Positions 33,827 to 43,446 of a stretch of 62,802 nucleotides of DNA are shown here, in pieces. The stretch comes from an uncultured Nitrospirales bacterium. Its GTDB lineage: Bacteria > Hydrogenedentota > Hydrogenedentia > Hydrogenedentales > GCA-2746185. Every line of letters begins with the position of its first letter. Position 1 is the first letter of the stretch. A program made the translations under genes and the position numbers. The notes under the pieces were generated by a model. It saw only the letters and a program-made list of their open reading frames with translations, ran no database searches and was not told the DNA's origin. The stretch lies in the NCBI GenBank assembly GCA_964411925.1, contig CAYPNI010000005.1:1-62802 (forward strand), written 5' to 3'.

Positions 33827-34663
33827 TCAATTCCTGTGCGAGAGAATCGGCACCGACAGGTGAAAGGTGATCGACCCCACAATGAATATCAGGGCGAACA
33901 CCGCGGCGCGAATCGCGAGTCCCGGGGCCTGGTCGAGCACGCCCGAGTTGGCGAGTTTCCGCAGGCTGTCCATCGTGACGGCGATCGGGTTGATGGCGTT
34001 CATCCAGACCCAGGGGATCGGCCACATCACCGGGGAGAGGTAGCGCAACGGCATCACCACCAGCCGAATGGCCCGCTGGACGTCGTTGTAAATCACGCTG
34101 AACGGGGCCAAGAGCACGCCGATCGCCAGGCCCGGCAGCGCCAGCAGGGGAAAGAGGGCGACAAACGCGAGAAACCCGGGGATGGAAAACGATTCACGCA
34201 ATATCAACAGCGAGAAGCCGAGCAGGATGCCGATGCGGAAAATGGAGAAGAAACCGACGCGATAGATACACGAAAGCACCAGGGCCTCCGGCGGAATGCG
34301 CAACTGCGAGATCAGACTCTGCGAATTTCGAATCAATGCGACCGAGAACAGGATGCTTTCGATAAACGTCTGGTAGAGCAGCACGCCGTAGATAACGTAG
34401 AGCGCCATCGGCATGCCGAGATTGCCGACATCGATGATTCCGCGGCGCATCAAGAAGTAGAAAATGCCGGCGAGGACGAGCGGGTCCGCGAAATCCCAGA
34501 AAACGCCGAACGCGGACCGCGTGTATTCCGCCTTGATGTCCTTGATGAATAGCCGCCACGCCATGTAGCGGGAGGATACGAAACCCTTGAAGACGGTCCG
34601 GAACAGGCGTCGGCCGTGCCGTACCTGGGACTCGGCCGTGTAAACGTGGTGGGTACCGGTCAT
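33827..34663 (-). CDS. wzm: Polysaccharide export ABC transporter permease
   Basis: DIKAEYTRSAFGVFWDFADPL, PPEALVLS, YNDVQR...RYLSPVMWP, INPIA; six TM segments; directly upstream of wzt. Confidence 0.92.
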   Translation of the reverse strand: MTGTHHVYTAESQVRHGRRLFRTVFKGFVSSRYMAWRLFIKDIKAEYTRSAFGVFWDFADPLVLAGIFYFLMRRGIIDVGNLGMPMALYVIYGVLLYQTFIESILFSVALIRNSQSLISQLRIPPEALVLSCIYRVGFFSIFRIGILLGFSLLILRESFSIPGFLAFVALFPLLALPGLAIGVLLAPFSVIYNDVQRAIRLVVMPLRYLSPVMWPIPWVWMNAINPIAVTMDSLRKLANSGVLDQAPGLAIRAAVFALIFIVGSITFHLSVPILSHRN

Positions 34664-34716
34664 GCAGGGCGCTCAGCCAGAATCCGGGTGATAATCCATC
34701 AAAACCAAGGCCCGCC

Positions 34717-34725
34717 AGCTTACCA
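34717..34725 (-). promoter_or_regulatory. Possible extended -10 promoter (TGgTAAGCT) for wzm-wzt
   Basis: Minus strand reads TTGACGGAAAAATGGTAAGCT about 55 nt upstream of the wzm ATG; TGn plus TAnnnT match, but the TTGACG is at a non-canonical 9-bp spacing. Confidence 0.3.
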
Positions 34726-34826
34726 TTTTTCCGTCAAGTATTTCAGCATGGAACACGTGTGGCGGCCGGTTCGCTTCCAGCCGAGATAGGCGGTCGCACG
34801 GTCCTCAGCGTGCCCGTGCAACGTCG

Positions 34827-36788
34827 TCAACGCGTGTCGCGATTCGCGTCGATCTGCGAGCTGGTGACTACGAGCGTCGGCAGATCGATGCCTCGCGTCG
34901 TGACCGTGAACTGGCCGGCACCGTCCCGGGCCAGCTGTACGCCGCCGGGTCCGGCCTCGTACGTGTGTGTATGAAGGACGTGCGTGCCGTCTGCGGAATT
35001 GAACGCGATCGTCCAGGGCTCGGGGATGCTGAGCGAGAGTATCGTCACACGGTCCGTGTGTTCGCGGTCGAGTTCCTTGACTTCGCCGACGGCGATGAAC
35101 TGGCGCGGCTCGGCGGGCTCCTGCGCGTATCGCAAATGAAAGAACCGCCGGCCGGGGTCCGGGTTCTCCTTCAGGAAGCCGTGCAGGAACATCCACTGGC
35201 CGAATACCCAGATCCGCCGCCCCGTCTTCGCCCGGATGTACTTGGCCCAGTACGTTTCGCCGATGTACGACTCCTTGATGAGGTGCCCGCCCTGAAAGTC
35301 CCAGAGGTGGTAGTAGGGGTTGTATACAGCCCCCCAGAGGTCCGGCGAGAAAATGACTTCGCCCTCGGGGATACTCTGGAAGACCTCCGATTCCAGGAAT
35401 CGATCCATCGCGACCCATTTCTGATGCTGCATGCCCAGCATTTTGGTGGTGTAGTGATTGGAAAAGTCCGTGATGACGCTGACGAACGCCACAGCGAATG
35501 CGGCAGTCGTAAGCGCAAGCGCGCGAACGATTCGGCTCGTGTGGTGCGCGAGATGATGCATCGGCGCCCATAAGACCGAAGCCAGCAACAGCGCGACGCC
35601 GTACCCCGCGAGGTAGGTCATGTGCGTGCCGATCCATTCACGGTTCAGCGCGTAGTTCTGGTAGAGCAGACTGAAACTCAGAAGCGCGTTCGGTATCAGC
35701 GTGAGGAGAATGGCAATCGACACGGTGGCCATGAGCATGCCACGGGGCATCGGCTGGCTCCGTCGCAGTATCAGCACGCAGAGTCCGGCGAACACCATCG
35801 CGCGAAGGGCCCACGCGGCGCGCATGTCGCCCCGGATGTACGAAGCATCCGAGGAGCGGGCGGCGAACCCCGGCGCATAGTGGTCGTAGATCGTTCGAAT
35901 CTTGTCGTCGAAGAAGAAGTACGCCGGGAAGGCCGAGCGCGTCAAAACGAAAATCGACTCTGCGTACCGCGGAACACTCAATGCATCCGATTCGAAGGTG
36001 TTGCCCGCGTATTGGGATGGATGCTCCGCACGGTAGGCGAGCGTCGCGCCGACGTAGGCGACGACGATCAGGGTGAAGGGCGCGAGGGGCAGGAACATTT
36101 TCGGGCGGAAGCCCTCCGCCTTGCGGCGCACGTTCGCCACGAGCAACGCGACATGCACGAGCGCGTACAGCGAGAAGGTCTCGTGCACGGGTACGGCGAG
36201 CGCGAAAAACGCGGCGCTCGGAACGAGCCACGGGACGCGTCTGGACTGTAAGTATTCGTGGAAGCAGAACAGCGAGAGCGCTACGCACAGCATCCCCACA
36301 TGCTTGTACACGAAGTAGCCGGTTAACGCGGAATGGTTGCCGCCGAACTGCAACGACAACAGGTACATCATCAGCGCGAACTGCGCAAAGGAACCCGCGC
36401 GCGTGATCCGGGCGATAACCGCGTAGAACACGAGCGCGTTCAACACGAGCGCACTGATCGTGACCACCTTGTAGTAGACGAAGCCCTGGCTGAGAAACGG
36501 CAAAATCCACAGCACGCCGTCGTAGTAGTAGTGCCAGCGGCCCTGAAGCTGGGCGAGTTTGGGCAGCCATGCGAAATAGCTCGGCTCGGTCCAATACCGA
36601 ATCGCCATGAACATGCTGTCGTGATCGGCGAAGCCGGTCTGAAGCAGCGGGTAATACGTCAGGACGAAGAGCGCAATGAAGCCAGGAATGGCGAGTTGAC
36701 CGAGACGATCGGTCGGGACGGGTTCGGCCCGGGTCGGTGCCGAGTGCAATTCCGCTTGATGACGGGGATCGGGGGGCTCGAGGGTCAT
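34827..36788 (-). CDS. GT-C-like (GtrII-like) multi-pass membrane protein with periplasmic C-terminal domain
   Basis: About 11 TM segments; DHD acidic motif after TM1, QGRW loop, HET motif; long soluble C-terminus. Alternative GTG start at 36806. Confidence 0.55.
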   Translation of the reverse strand: MTLEPPDPRHQAELHSAPTRAEPVPTDRLGQLAIPGFIALFVLTYYPLLQTGFADHDSMFMAIRYWTEPSYFAWLPKLAQLQGRWHYYYDGVLWILPFLSQGFVYYKVVTISALVLNALVFYAVIARITRAGSFAQFALMMYLLSLQFGGNHSALTGYFVYKHVGMLCVALSLFCFHEYLQSRRVPWLVPSAAFFALAVPVHETFSLYALVHVALLVANVRRKAEGFRPKMFLPLAPFTLIVVAYVGATLAYRAEHPSQYAGNTFESDALSVPRYAESIFVLTRSAFPAYFFFDDKIRTIYDHYAPGFAARSSDASYIRGDMRAAWALRAMVFAGLCVLILRRSQPMPRGMLMATVSIAILLTLIPNALLSFSLLYQNYALNREWIGTHMTYLAGYGVALLLASVLWAPMHHLAHHTSRIVRALALTTAAFAVAFVSVITDFSNHYTTKMLGMQHQKWVAMDRFLESEVFQSIPEGEVIFSPDLWGAVYNPYYHLWDFQGGHLIKESYIGETYWAKYIRAKTGRRIWVFGQWMFLHGFLKENPDPGRRFFHLRYAQEPAEPRQFIAVGEVKELDREHTDRVTILSLSIPEPWTIAFNSADGTHVLHTHTYEAGPGGVQLARDGAGQFTVTTRGIDLPTLVVTSSQIDANRDTR

Positions 36789-36990
36789 CGCGTGGGGCTG
36801 CCCCACTCAGTACTCACGTTGAATCCTTGGATTGCAGCATACGCGAAATCGGGTTTTCAAGGGTCCGGGGGCCGCCCGGCTTACGACTCGCCGGCCGCCG
36901 AGTTCGCGTTCGCGCGACACGGTTGAAGTGGCGAGAGTGTACAGTAGTCTCGTCGGATCGACGGACCCAAGAAGAGGGTAGGCGTTTCCC

Positions 36991-38691
36991 ATGCACGAAG
37001 TTTCGCTGATGCCGCTGCTGGTATTGCTGATGAGCGGCGTGATTGGCGCTGGGGTAGCCACGGTATTGCGCCAAAGCCCCATCCTCGGATTTCTGGTTGC
37101 CGGCATGACGATCGGCTCGCACGGTTTCGGCCTCGTTCACGAGAACGAGTGGACCGCGCTTGCCGCGGAAATCGGCGTCTGCTTTCTACTGTTCGACATC
37201 GGGCTGCACCTCTCACTGCCGAGGCTGTGGGCGGCGAAGAAGGACCTGCTGGGCACGGCCCCGCTCCAGATCCTCCTGACGGGCGTATTGCTCGGCGCGC
37301 TCGCGTTCGCGTTCACGCGGGACGGCATGGTCGCGTTTCTGATCGCGTCCGGGCTCGTGCTGTCGTCCACCGCGGTCGCGCTGCAAGTGTTGCGCGAGCA
37401 GGGCGACGGCAACACGCCGATCGGGCGCAGTGCGGCTTCCGTGCTTATTGTGCAAGACCTCTTTGTCATCGGCCTGCTCGTTGCGCTGCCGTCCCTGCGG
37501 TCCGAGTCGGGATCGATCGCCGGCCCGGTATTGCTCGCGCTGGGAAAGATGATCGCTGCGTTCGCCGTGATCGCCGTGGCCGGGCGCTGGCTTTTGCAAC
37601 CGCTCTTCAAGACACTGGCCGGCGTAAACAATTCAGACATGTTCACCGGCGCGAGTTTACTGGTGATTCTCGGCGTGTCGTTCGGTGCGGCGGAGGCGGG
37701 CCTCTCGATGTCGCTGGGCGCGTTCCTGGCCGGGCTGGCCCTTTCCGAGAGCCGTTTCGCGCACCTCGTCCGGATGGAGATTAACCCGTTCCGCGGCCTG
37801 TTGCTCGCGCTGTTCTTCCTCACGATCGGCATGAGCATGGACGCGCGCACGATGATTGAGTACGCGTTGCCGCTGTTAGGCATCGTTGCGATTGTGGTGC
37901 TCGTGAAACTCGCCGGGACCTATGCCGCATACCGGCTGATGCACTACGACCGGGTGTTTTCCGTGCGTGTGTCGTTCGCGCTGGCGCAAGCGAGCGAGTT
38001 CACTCTGGTGCTCATGGCCTGGGGCCTTGCCGAGGGTCTCGTCGATGCGCGGGACTTTCAGGTGCTGTCCGCCGCCGTGGGGATTACGATGGCATTGACT
38101 CCGCTGCTCAACTCGACGGGCCGCTGGCTCATCGAACGCCGCGAGTACCGGACCTGCGAACAGAAGAGCCGGATTTTCATTACCGAGGAGGCCACGGTAT
38201 TCGTGGTCGGCTTTGCAGGATTCGGCCAACGCCTGACCGATCGGCTTAAGGTTTCGGGAATCCGTACCACGGGTTTCGACAACGACCGCGCGCGGGTGGC
38301 CGAGGCGCGCGCGAGCGGGTACGACGTCGAATACGGAGATCCGTCCCGGCCCCGCGCGTTGAGCATGGCCTCGCGCGGCCAGGCCCGCGCGGTCATCGTG
38401 CTGTCGGAAAGCGAGGAAGTGGCGATCACGGTCGTCACGAGCATCGCGGAGATGAAGACGATCCCGCTTTTCGCGGCAACAAGCACCTACGGGTTATTCG
38501 AGACGCTCAACCAGATCATCCCCGATCGCGTGTACATGAAGAACGACGCGTCATTGCCCGAATTGCTCACCGCGTTGAGCCAGGCGATCGGCGCGGAGAT
38601 TGTCCTGCCGCGCAGTACGGACGCCGACAGCGCCGGGACGCCGCCGCTCGACGAGATGGCGGGCAACACGCTTCAGCTGGGCAAGGCTTGA
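36991..38691 (+). CDS. CPA2 family cation:proton antiporter (KefB/KefC-like) with TrkA_N/KTN domain
   Basis: SPILGFLVAG, AEIGVCFLLFDIGL, LSSTAVAL, QDLFVI, LGAFLAGLALSES.F, FRGLLLALFF, QASEF; C-terminal VVGFAGFGQ and YGDPSRP. Confidence 0.9.
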   Translation: MHEVSLMPLLVLLMSGVIGAGVATVLRQSPILGFLVAGMTIGSHGFGLVHENEWTALAAEIGVCFLLFDIGLHLSLPRLWAAKKDLLGTAPLQILLTGVLLGALAFAFTRDGMVAFLIASGLVLSSTAVALQVLREQGDGNTPIGRSAASVLIVQDLFVIGLLVALPSLRSESGSIAGPVLLALGKMIAAFAVIAVAGRWLLQPLFKTLAGVNNSDMFTGASLLVILGVSFGAAEAGLSMSLGAFLAGLALSESRFAHLVRMEINPFRGLLLALFFLTIGMSMDARTMIEYALPLLGIVAIVVLVKLAGTYAAYRLMHYDRVFSVRVSFALAQASEFTLVLMAWGLAEGLVDARDFQVLSAAVGITMALTPLLNSTGRWLIERREYRTCEQKSRIFITEEATVFVVGFAGFGQRLTDRLKVSGIRTTGFDNDRARVAEARASGYDVEYGDPSRPRALSMASRGQARAVIVLSESEEVAITVVTSIAEMKTIPLFAATSTYGLFETLNQIIPDRVYMKNDASLPELLTALSQAIGAEIVLPRSTDADSAGTPPLDEMAGNTLQLGKA

Positions 38692-38704
38692 CGCTGCCCC
38701 GCGA

Positions 38705-39490
38705 CTAGTCTTCGCCGCCGCGCTTCTTGTATACGCGGACGTAGTCGATGATGAACTCGTCGGGCAGCACCATGTTGTGGATTTCTTCTTCCTGCGGCGG
38801 CTCCATGCTCAGGATCAGGTATTCATCGATCTGGGAGATGCCGATGGTGACTTCGTAGAACTTGTACCCGTCGACATAGAACACGTACCGGTCCGGCGTC
38901 CACTCGAGTGCGAAGAGGTGGAATCCCTCGCTCACCCCTTCGAGGTAGCTTTGCATGCCGCGCGTCGTCTGTTGATTGGGTCCGTACGCCCAGTGGACGT
39001 TGTGCGAGACGATGTCGGTGCCGAGTTTCCTGAAAAACTCGACGATGTCGATTTCCGCGCCGAATCGCGCCGGGTCTTCCCCGTCGGAGATGCTGGGCGA
39101 CTGAATCCAGAACGCGGCCCAGATCCCGCCGCCGCGCTGCAATTGCGCGCGGCATTCGAAGTAGCCGTACTTCGTCATGAAGCGTCCCTGCGTGCCGACC
39201 ATACCGACGAGGATTGCGTTCTCCTTCCTGAACGCTTTCAGTTTGAGAAAGCCTTCTTCGACTGCGATAGCTTCGGGGGAGACCCTGCCCAGCGCCCGCG
39301 GCCCCTCGCCTCGAATCGCCCATTTGGTGTCGTCGAGAACATTGCCCGCGAATTGGTCCTCCCAGAACAATTCGTACCCCAGGCGTTCGGGTGTGAACTG
39401 TTCCGGAGACATCGGTCCCTGCGCCTTCCGCTGCGCGTGAACGGGGACAGCCAATAGCGCCGCCGCAACTGCAAGTATCAACGATTTCAC
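38705..39490 (-). CDS. Secreted glycoside hydrolase family 16
   Basis: Signal peptide ending VHA-Q; WEDQF, KYGYFECR, WAAFW, catalytic EIDIVE, FHLFALEWTP...FYVDG. GAGG 9 nt before GTG 39490. Confidence 0.9.
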   Translation of the reverse strand: MKSLILAVAAALLAVPVHAQRKAQGPMSPEQFTPERLGYELFWEDQFAGNVLDDTKWAIRGEGPRALGRVSPEAIAVEEGFLKLKAFRKENAILVGMVGTQGRFMTKYGYFECRAQLQRGGGIWAAFWIQSPSISDGEDPARFGAEIDIVEFFRKLGTDIVSHNVHWAYGPNQQTTRGMQSYLEGVSEGFHLFALEWTPDRYVFYVDGYKFYEVTIGISQIDEYLILSMEPPQEEEIHNMVLPDEFIIDYVRVYKKRGGED

Positions 39491-39668
39491 TGGTTCCAAC
39501 CTCGCGTTGTCAGCGCACCATAGCACTGGCCGCGGGGTTTCGGCGACCTGTAATTCGTTGATGCTAGAATCGTCGGTCCCTCGCGGCCGGACGCGTGAAT
39601 CGGCATCCACACTTCGGCCTGCGGGAGGTGCTCCACCGAATTCGGATTCTCCAACAAGGACTGGTCTC

Positions 39669-40676
39669 ATGCACAAATCGCTCGATCGGCGACTCGAAGC
39701 GATTCGAGATAATCCAGGATCGACCGAATTCATCATCGCCGACGCCAAAGACGCGGATATGGCGTTTGGCATCGCCGCCACGGGCACCAACCCTGACGGC
39801 AGTCACCCGTCGCTGGCCACATTTCGCGACAAGATTCGGGCCGTCGTCGATCAGGGCATCGTGGACATCGTCATTATGTCCGCATCGACCAATGAGCTCC
39901 TCGCGCAGGACGAACGCATCTTCGAGGGCTCGACGGTCACGCCTGCCGCCCGGGCCAACGACACGAGTGACATCTGGCTCGCGCGCAACGGCGCGTATGG
40001 CGGCGCTCCATCGAAACCATTCCGCACTGCGACGATCGACCACATCCAGTGCGGCGAGAGATCTTGCACCGCCGAGCAACGCGCGGCCGGGACCAACCTC
40101 GGCCTGTACTCGATGACCTTCAATAACGATGTGGAGCATGATCACGCGACGCTCGAGGCGTTTGGCCGCTTCCGGATCGAAGCGGAACAAAAAGATTTCA
40201 GATACTTTCTCGAGGTCTTCGCGCCCAACGTGGCCGGGGCGGTCCCTCCCGCGGAGGTTGGCGCGTACCTGAACGACCAGATCGTCCGCGCGCTGGCCGG
40301 CGTCACGCGCGCGGGACGTCCGCTGTTTCTCAAGATTCCGTACACGGGGCCGCGCGCGCTCGAGGAATTGGTCGCGTACGACCCGGCGCTCGTGCCCGGC
40401 ATCCTCGGCGGCGCGTCGGGCACGACCATGGACGCATTTACGCTGCTCGCCAAAGCCAAACAGCACGGCGCCCGCGCCGCACTGTTCGGCCGGAAGATTA
40501 ACAACGCGGAGGATCAGCTCCTGCTGATCGCGCTTCTGCGCCGGGTCGCCGACGCGGAAATCACCGCCGCAGACGCCGTCCGCGCCTACCACGACGGGCT
40601 GAAGAAACGCGGCGTGGCGCCGATTCGCCCGCTCGACGCCGACAGCCGGATTACGGCGCAGGAACTATTGCTGTAG
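39669..40676 (+). CDS. Conserved hypothetical protein, probable class I aldolase-like TIM barrel
   Basis: FIIADAKDADMAFG, DIVIMSAS, RANDTSDIW, YFLEVF, FLKIPY (candidate Schiff-base Lys), LGG, ALFGRKI. Confidence 0.55.
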   Translation: MHKSLDRRLEAIRDNPGSTEFIIADAKDADMAFGIAATGTNPDGSHPSLATFRDKIRAVVDQGIVDIVIMSASTNELLAQDERIFEGSTVTPAARANDTSDIWLARNGAYGGAPSKPFRTATIDHIQCGERSCTAEQRAAGTNLGLYSMTFNNDVEHDHATLEAFGRFRIEAEQKDFRYFLEVFAPNVAGAVPPAEVGAYLNDQIVRALAGVTRAGRPLFLKIPYTGPRALEELVAYDPALVPGILGGASGTTMDAFTLLAKAKQHGARAALFGRKINNAEDQLLLIALLRRVADAEITAADAVRAYHDGLKKRGVAPIRPLDADSRITAQELLL

Positions 40677-40903
40677 TCGACACGACGGAAAGTCGCGTTC
40701 GGCCAATTGTTGGTATCGAAGTGGCCGCATTTTGTGATGCCAATGGGGCCCCTCTCCAGCACGTGGCGATCGCCCGCAACAACTCGCTATGCTTGCGTGG
40801 CGCGTCAAGAAGCGTCCCGGGGCGGCTTCACGATCGCGCACCGCTGAGTTCTGCGCCCGCCCGACGGCTGCCACCCGGTGCGTTTCAAACTGGCGAGACG
40901 ACC

Positions 40904-41560
40904 TTGGTCTACTTTTACAAACTGTCAAAACTCTATGCGGCCTTGCTCAGGCTTCTCGGATACGAGCGAGGCATCAGTCGTTTCCTCGATCGGCTACCGC
41001 TGCGAGAATTCGAGGGCGGCCGCATACTGGACGTCGCCTGCGGCAGCGGCGTGGTCGGCCTGCATTTGCTGCAGAGGTTCGATCGCTCGACGCTCCTCGC
41101 CACGGACCTGCAGAAAAACTTTCTGCAAGAAACCCGTGCGAATGCCGTGCTGCGCGGAATCGACCTCAGCCGGGTTTCGGTTGCGAAGTCGGACCTGACC
41201 GAGCCCACCAAGGTCTCGTGCCCGGATGGAGCCGAGCGGACGCTCAAGGATGCGTCGTTCGACATCGTCAGTGTGGGCGGGGCGCTCGGTTACGCCGAAG
41301 ATGTCGAGCGCACGGCGCGCGAATTGATCCGGCTCGTCAAGCCGGGCGGATACTTCATCAACGTCGAAATGAACACGGGAATTATGGGCCGGTTCGTCGC
41401 GTGGCTGTACTCTTACCGGCCGTTGCCTCTTGCGTCGCTGCAACGCATCGCGTCGGAAGGGGGCCACGAACTCTCGCTCATCCGGCTTTCGGTGCGCGAG
41501 TTTCCGGCCAACCTCACGCGAATCGGCATTGTCGTGCACGTCAGCCCGGCGACAGGGTGA
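40904..41560 (+). CDS. Class I SAM-dependent methyltransferase
   Basis: ILDVACGSG motif I, ATDL, DASFDIV, LVKPGG. Start uncertain (TTG 40904 or GTG 40721). Confidence 0.8.
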   Translation: MVYFYKLSKLYAALLRLLGYERGISRFLDRLPLREFEGGRILDVACGSGVVGLHLLQRFDRSTLLATDLQKNFLQETRANAVLRGIDLSRVSVAKSDLTEPTKVSCPDGAERTLKDASFDIVSVGGALGYAEDVERTARELIRLVKPGGYFINVEMNTGIMGRFVAWLYSYRPLPLASLQRIASEGGHELSLIRLSVREFPANLTRIGIVVHVSPATG

Positions 41561-41592
41561 ATTCAGGCGGCGGGGCCGCGGAGCAAACGTCC

Positions 41593-42942
41593 ATGACGAA
41601 TCAGTCTGAATCTCGCCGGCGGACATCGCGCCGCTCGTTCCTCAAACAGGCCGCCGCCGGGGCCGCTGCGTCTCTCCTATTGCCGCGATGGAGCCTGGCC
41701 GCGCCGCCGACAGGCCGGCTGCAACACGCGTGCATCGGCGTCATGGGCATGGGGCGCAGCGATCGGGGCGAAATCGACGCGAGCGGCCTGGTAGACATCG
41801 TCGCGCTGTGCGACATCGACCAGCGTTCGCTCGACGAAGCCGCGAAGGCGCATCCCGGCGCGCGGCTCTATCGCGACTTTCGCGAAATGTTCGACGCGGA
41901 AGGCGATCGGATCGACTCGGTGAACATCGCGATTCCCGATCACATGCACGCTCCCGCCGCGATGATGGCGATCCTGGCGGGGAAGCACGTCTACTGCCAG
42001 AAACCGCTCACGCATGACGTGTACGAGGCCCGGCAGCTTACGCTGGCGGCGCGCGAGGCGGGCGTCGTCACGCAGATGGGAATTCAGATCCACGCGCACG
42101 ACTTCTACCGCACCGCGGTCCAGTGGCTGCAGGAGGGCGCCATCGGCAAAGTCGCCGAGTGGCACTCGTGGAGCAGCGCAAGCTATTCGCGCGAGGACGG
42201 CATGCGCCCGCCCGGCGCGGACCCGATCCCCGATACCGTCGATTGGGACCTGTGGCTCGGCTCGGCGCCCGAACGGCCCTACAAGGACGCGATCTACCAT
42301 CCCTTCGAGTGGCGGCGCTGGCGCGACTTCGGCACCGGCGCGACCGGCGACTTCGGCTGTCACATTTTCGACCCGGTGTTCACGGCACTCGGCATGGGCG
42401 GGCCGCTGACCATACGCGCGCAGGTCGAGAGCGAACACGACGAAGTCTGGCCCGCGTGGGCCATCTATGAGTACGAGTTCGCCGGCACGCAGTTGACAAC
42501 CGGGAAGACCATCCGGGCGACGTGGAGCGATGGCGGCCGCAAACCGGACAAACGCCTGTCGCCGCACCTGGCCGACGACTACGAGTTGCCCAACAGCGGC
42601 ACGATGTTCGTCGGGGAGGACGGCACGCTGATCCTCCCGCACATCGCGCATCCCGAGCTTCATCCCGCCGGGAAGTTCGCGAATTTCCCCCGGCCCGCGC
42701 TCGAGCCCCGCAACCATTACCACGAATTCGTCCATGCCGCGCTTGGAAACGGCCAGACAGGCGCCGGGTTCGACTTCTCAGGGCCGCTGGCGGAGGCGGT
42801 GCTGCTTGGCAACGTCGCCGGCCGGTTTCCAGGTAAGCGGCTCGAGTGGAACGCGGACCGGCTCCGGTTCGAAAATGGCCGCGACGCGAACGACTGGCTG
42901 CGGCGGAAATATCGCCGGGGCTGGAAGACGCGCGGCTTGTAA
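41593..42942 (+). CDS. Gfo/Idh/MocA family oxidoreductase with Tat signal peptide
   Basis: SRRSFLK Tat motif; IGVMGMG, IAIPDHMHA, GKHVYCQKPL, VTQMGIQ, WDLWLG, GDFGCH. Confidence 0.92.
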   Translation: MTNQSESRRRTSRRSFLKQAAAGAAASLLLPRWSLAAPPTGRLQHACIGVMGMGRSDRGEIDASGLVDIVALCDIDQRSLDEAAKAHPGARLYRDFREMFDAEGDRIDSVNIAIPDHMHAPAAMMAILAGKHVYCQKPLTHDVYEARQLTLAAREAGVVTQMGIQIHAHDFYRTAVQWLQEGAIGKVAEWHSWSSASYSREDGMRPPGADPIPDTVDWDLWLGSAPERPYKDAIYHPFEWRRWRDFGTGATGDFGCHIFDPVFTALGMGGPLTIRAQVESEHDEVWPAWAIYEYEFAGTQLTTGKTIRATWSDGGRKPDKRLSPHLADDYELPNSGTMFVGEDGTLILPHIAHPELHPAGKFANFPRPALEPRNHYHEFVHAALGNGQTGAGFDFSGPLAEAVLLGNVAGRFPGKRLEWNADRLRFENGRDANDWLRRKYRRGWKTRGL

Positions 42943-42963
42943 TGGCCGCGCAGGGAGCGCGCG

Positions 42964-43365
42964 ATGCGGCGCAGGATCCGAAAGCCCGACCCCGAACGGC
43001 AGAAGGCGCTGCTCGATAAGATTCGCAAGCAACAGGCCGAGCGCGCGGCGGGCTACCGCGAGCAGGCGCTGAACCTGCTGCCGCACGTCTGCGGCCGTTG
43101 CGGCCGGTCGTTCTCCGGGAAAAACCTCAAAGAGCTCACGGTCCACCACAAGGACCACGATCACCTCAATAATCCGCCCGACGGCAGCAACTGGGAGTTG
43201 CTTTGCACATATTGTCACGTGGACGAACACCAAAAGTCGGCGGCGAGCGGATATCACACTGCGTCGTCGCGCGATGCGCACTCCGACGGCGATCTTGAGA
43301 ACCGGCCCTTCCAGGGCTTGATCGCGCCGGCCGAGGCGGACGAGGACGATCCGCCGTCCGGCTAG
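42964..43365 (+). CDS. yajD: YajD-family HNH nuclease
   Basis: YREQAL.LLP.VCGRCGR.F...NL.ELTVHH.DH.H.NNP.DGSNWELLC.YCH.DEH matches the YajD pattern. Confidence 0.85.
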   Translation: MRRRIRKPDPERQKALLDKIRKQQAERAAGYREQALNLLPHVCGRCGRSFSGKNLKELTVHHKDHDHLNNPPDGSNWELLCTYCHVDEHQKSAASGYHTASSRDAHSDGDLENRPFQGLIAPAEADEDDPPSG

Positions 43366-43446
43366 ACACGTTCGGCCCGGTTCGGATATTTTCCGGCTCG
43401 TGCGTCACGCGACCTCTCATCCACAACCCGGCGGCGGCAACCGGCC

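Noticed and set aside
36807-36990. c-di-AMP (ydaO) or other riboswitch upstream of the K+ antiporter
   Set aside because: A small GAATCC/GGATT hairpin exists, but the ydaO conserved blocks and an expression platform are not evident. An Rfam scan would settle it.
40789-41592. Apparent N-terminal extensions making giant fusion ORFs (40789-42942, 43647-46922, 50362-52230, 51720-54125)
   Set aside because: The extensions overlap other clear genes in different frames and are Arg/Ala/Pro-rich noise. Signal peptides and stop-start overlaps mark the true internal starts.
42964-43365. HNH protein as a homing endonuclease or mobile element
   Set aside because: It matches the chromosomal YajD pattern and has no intron, intein or terminal repeats around it.
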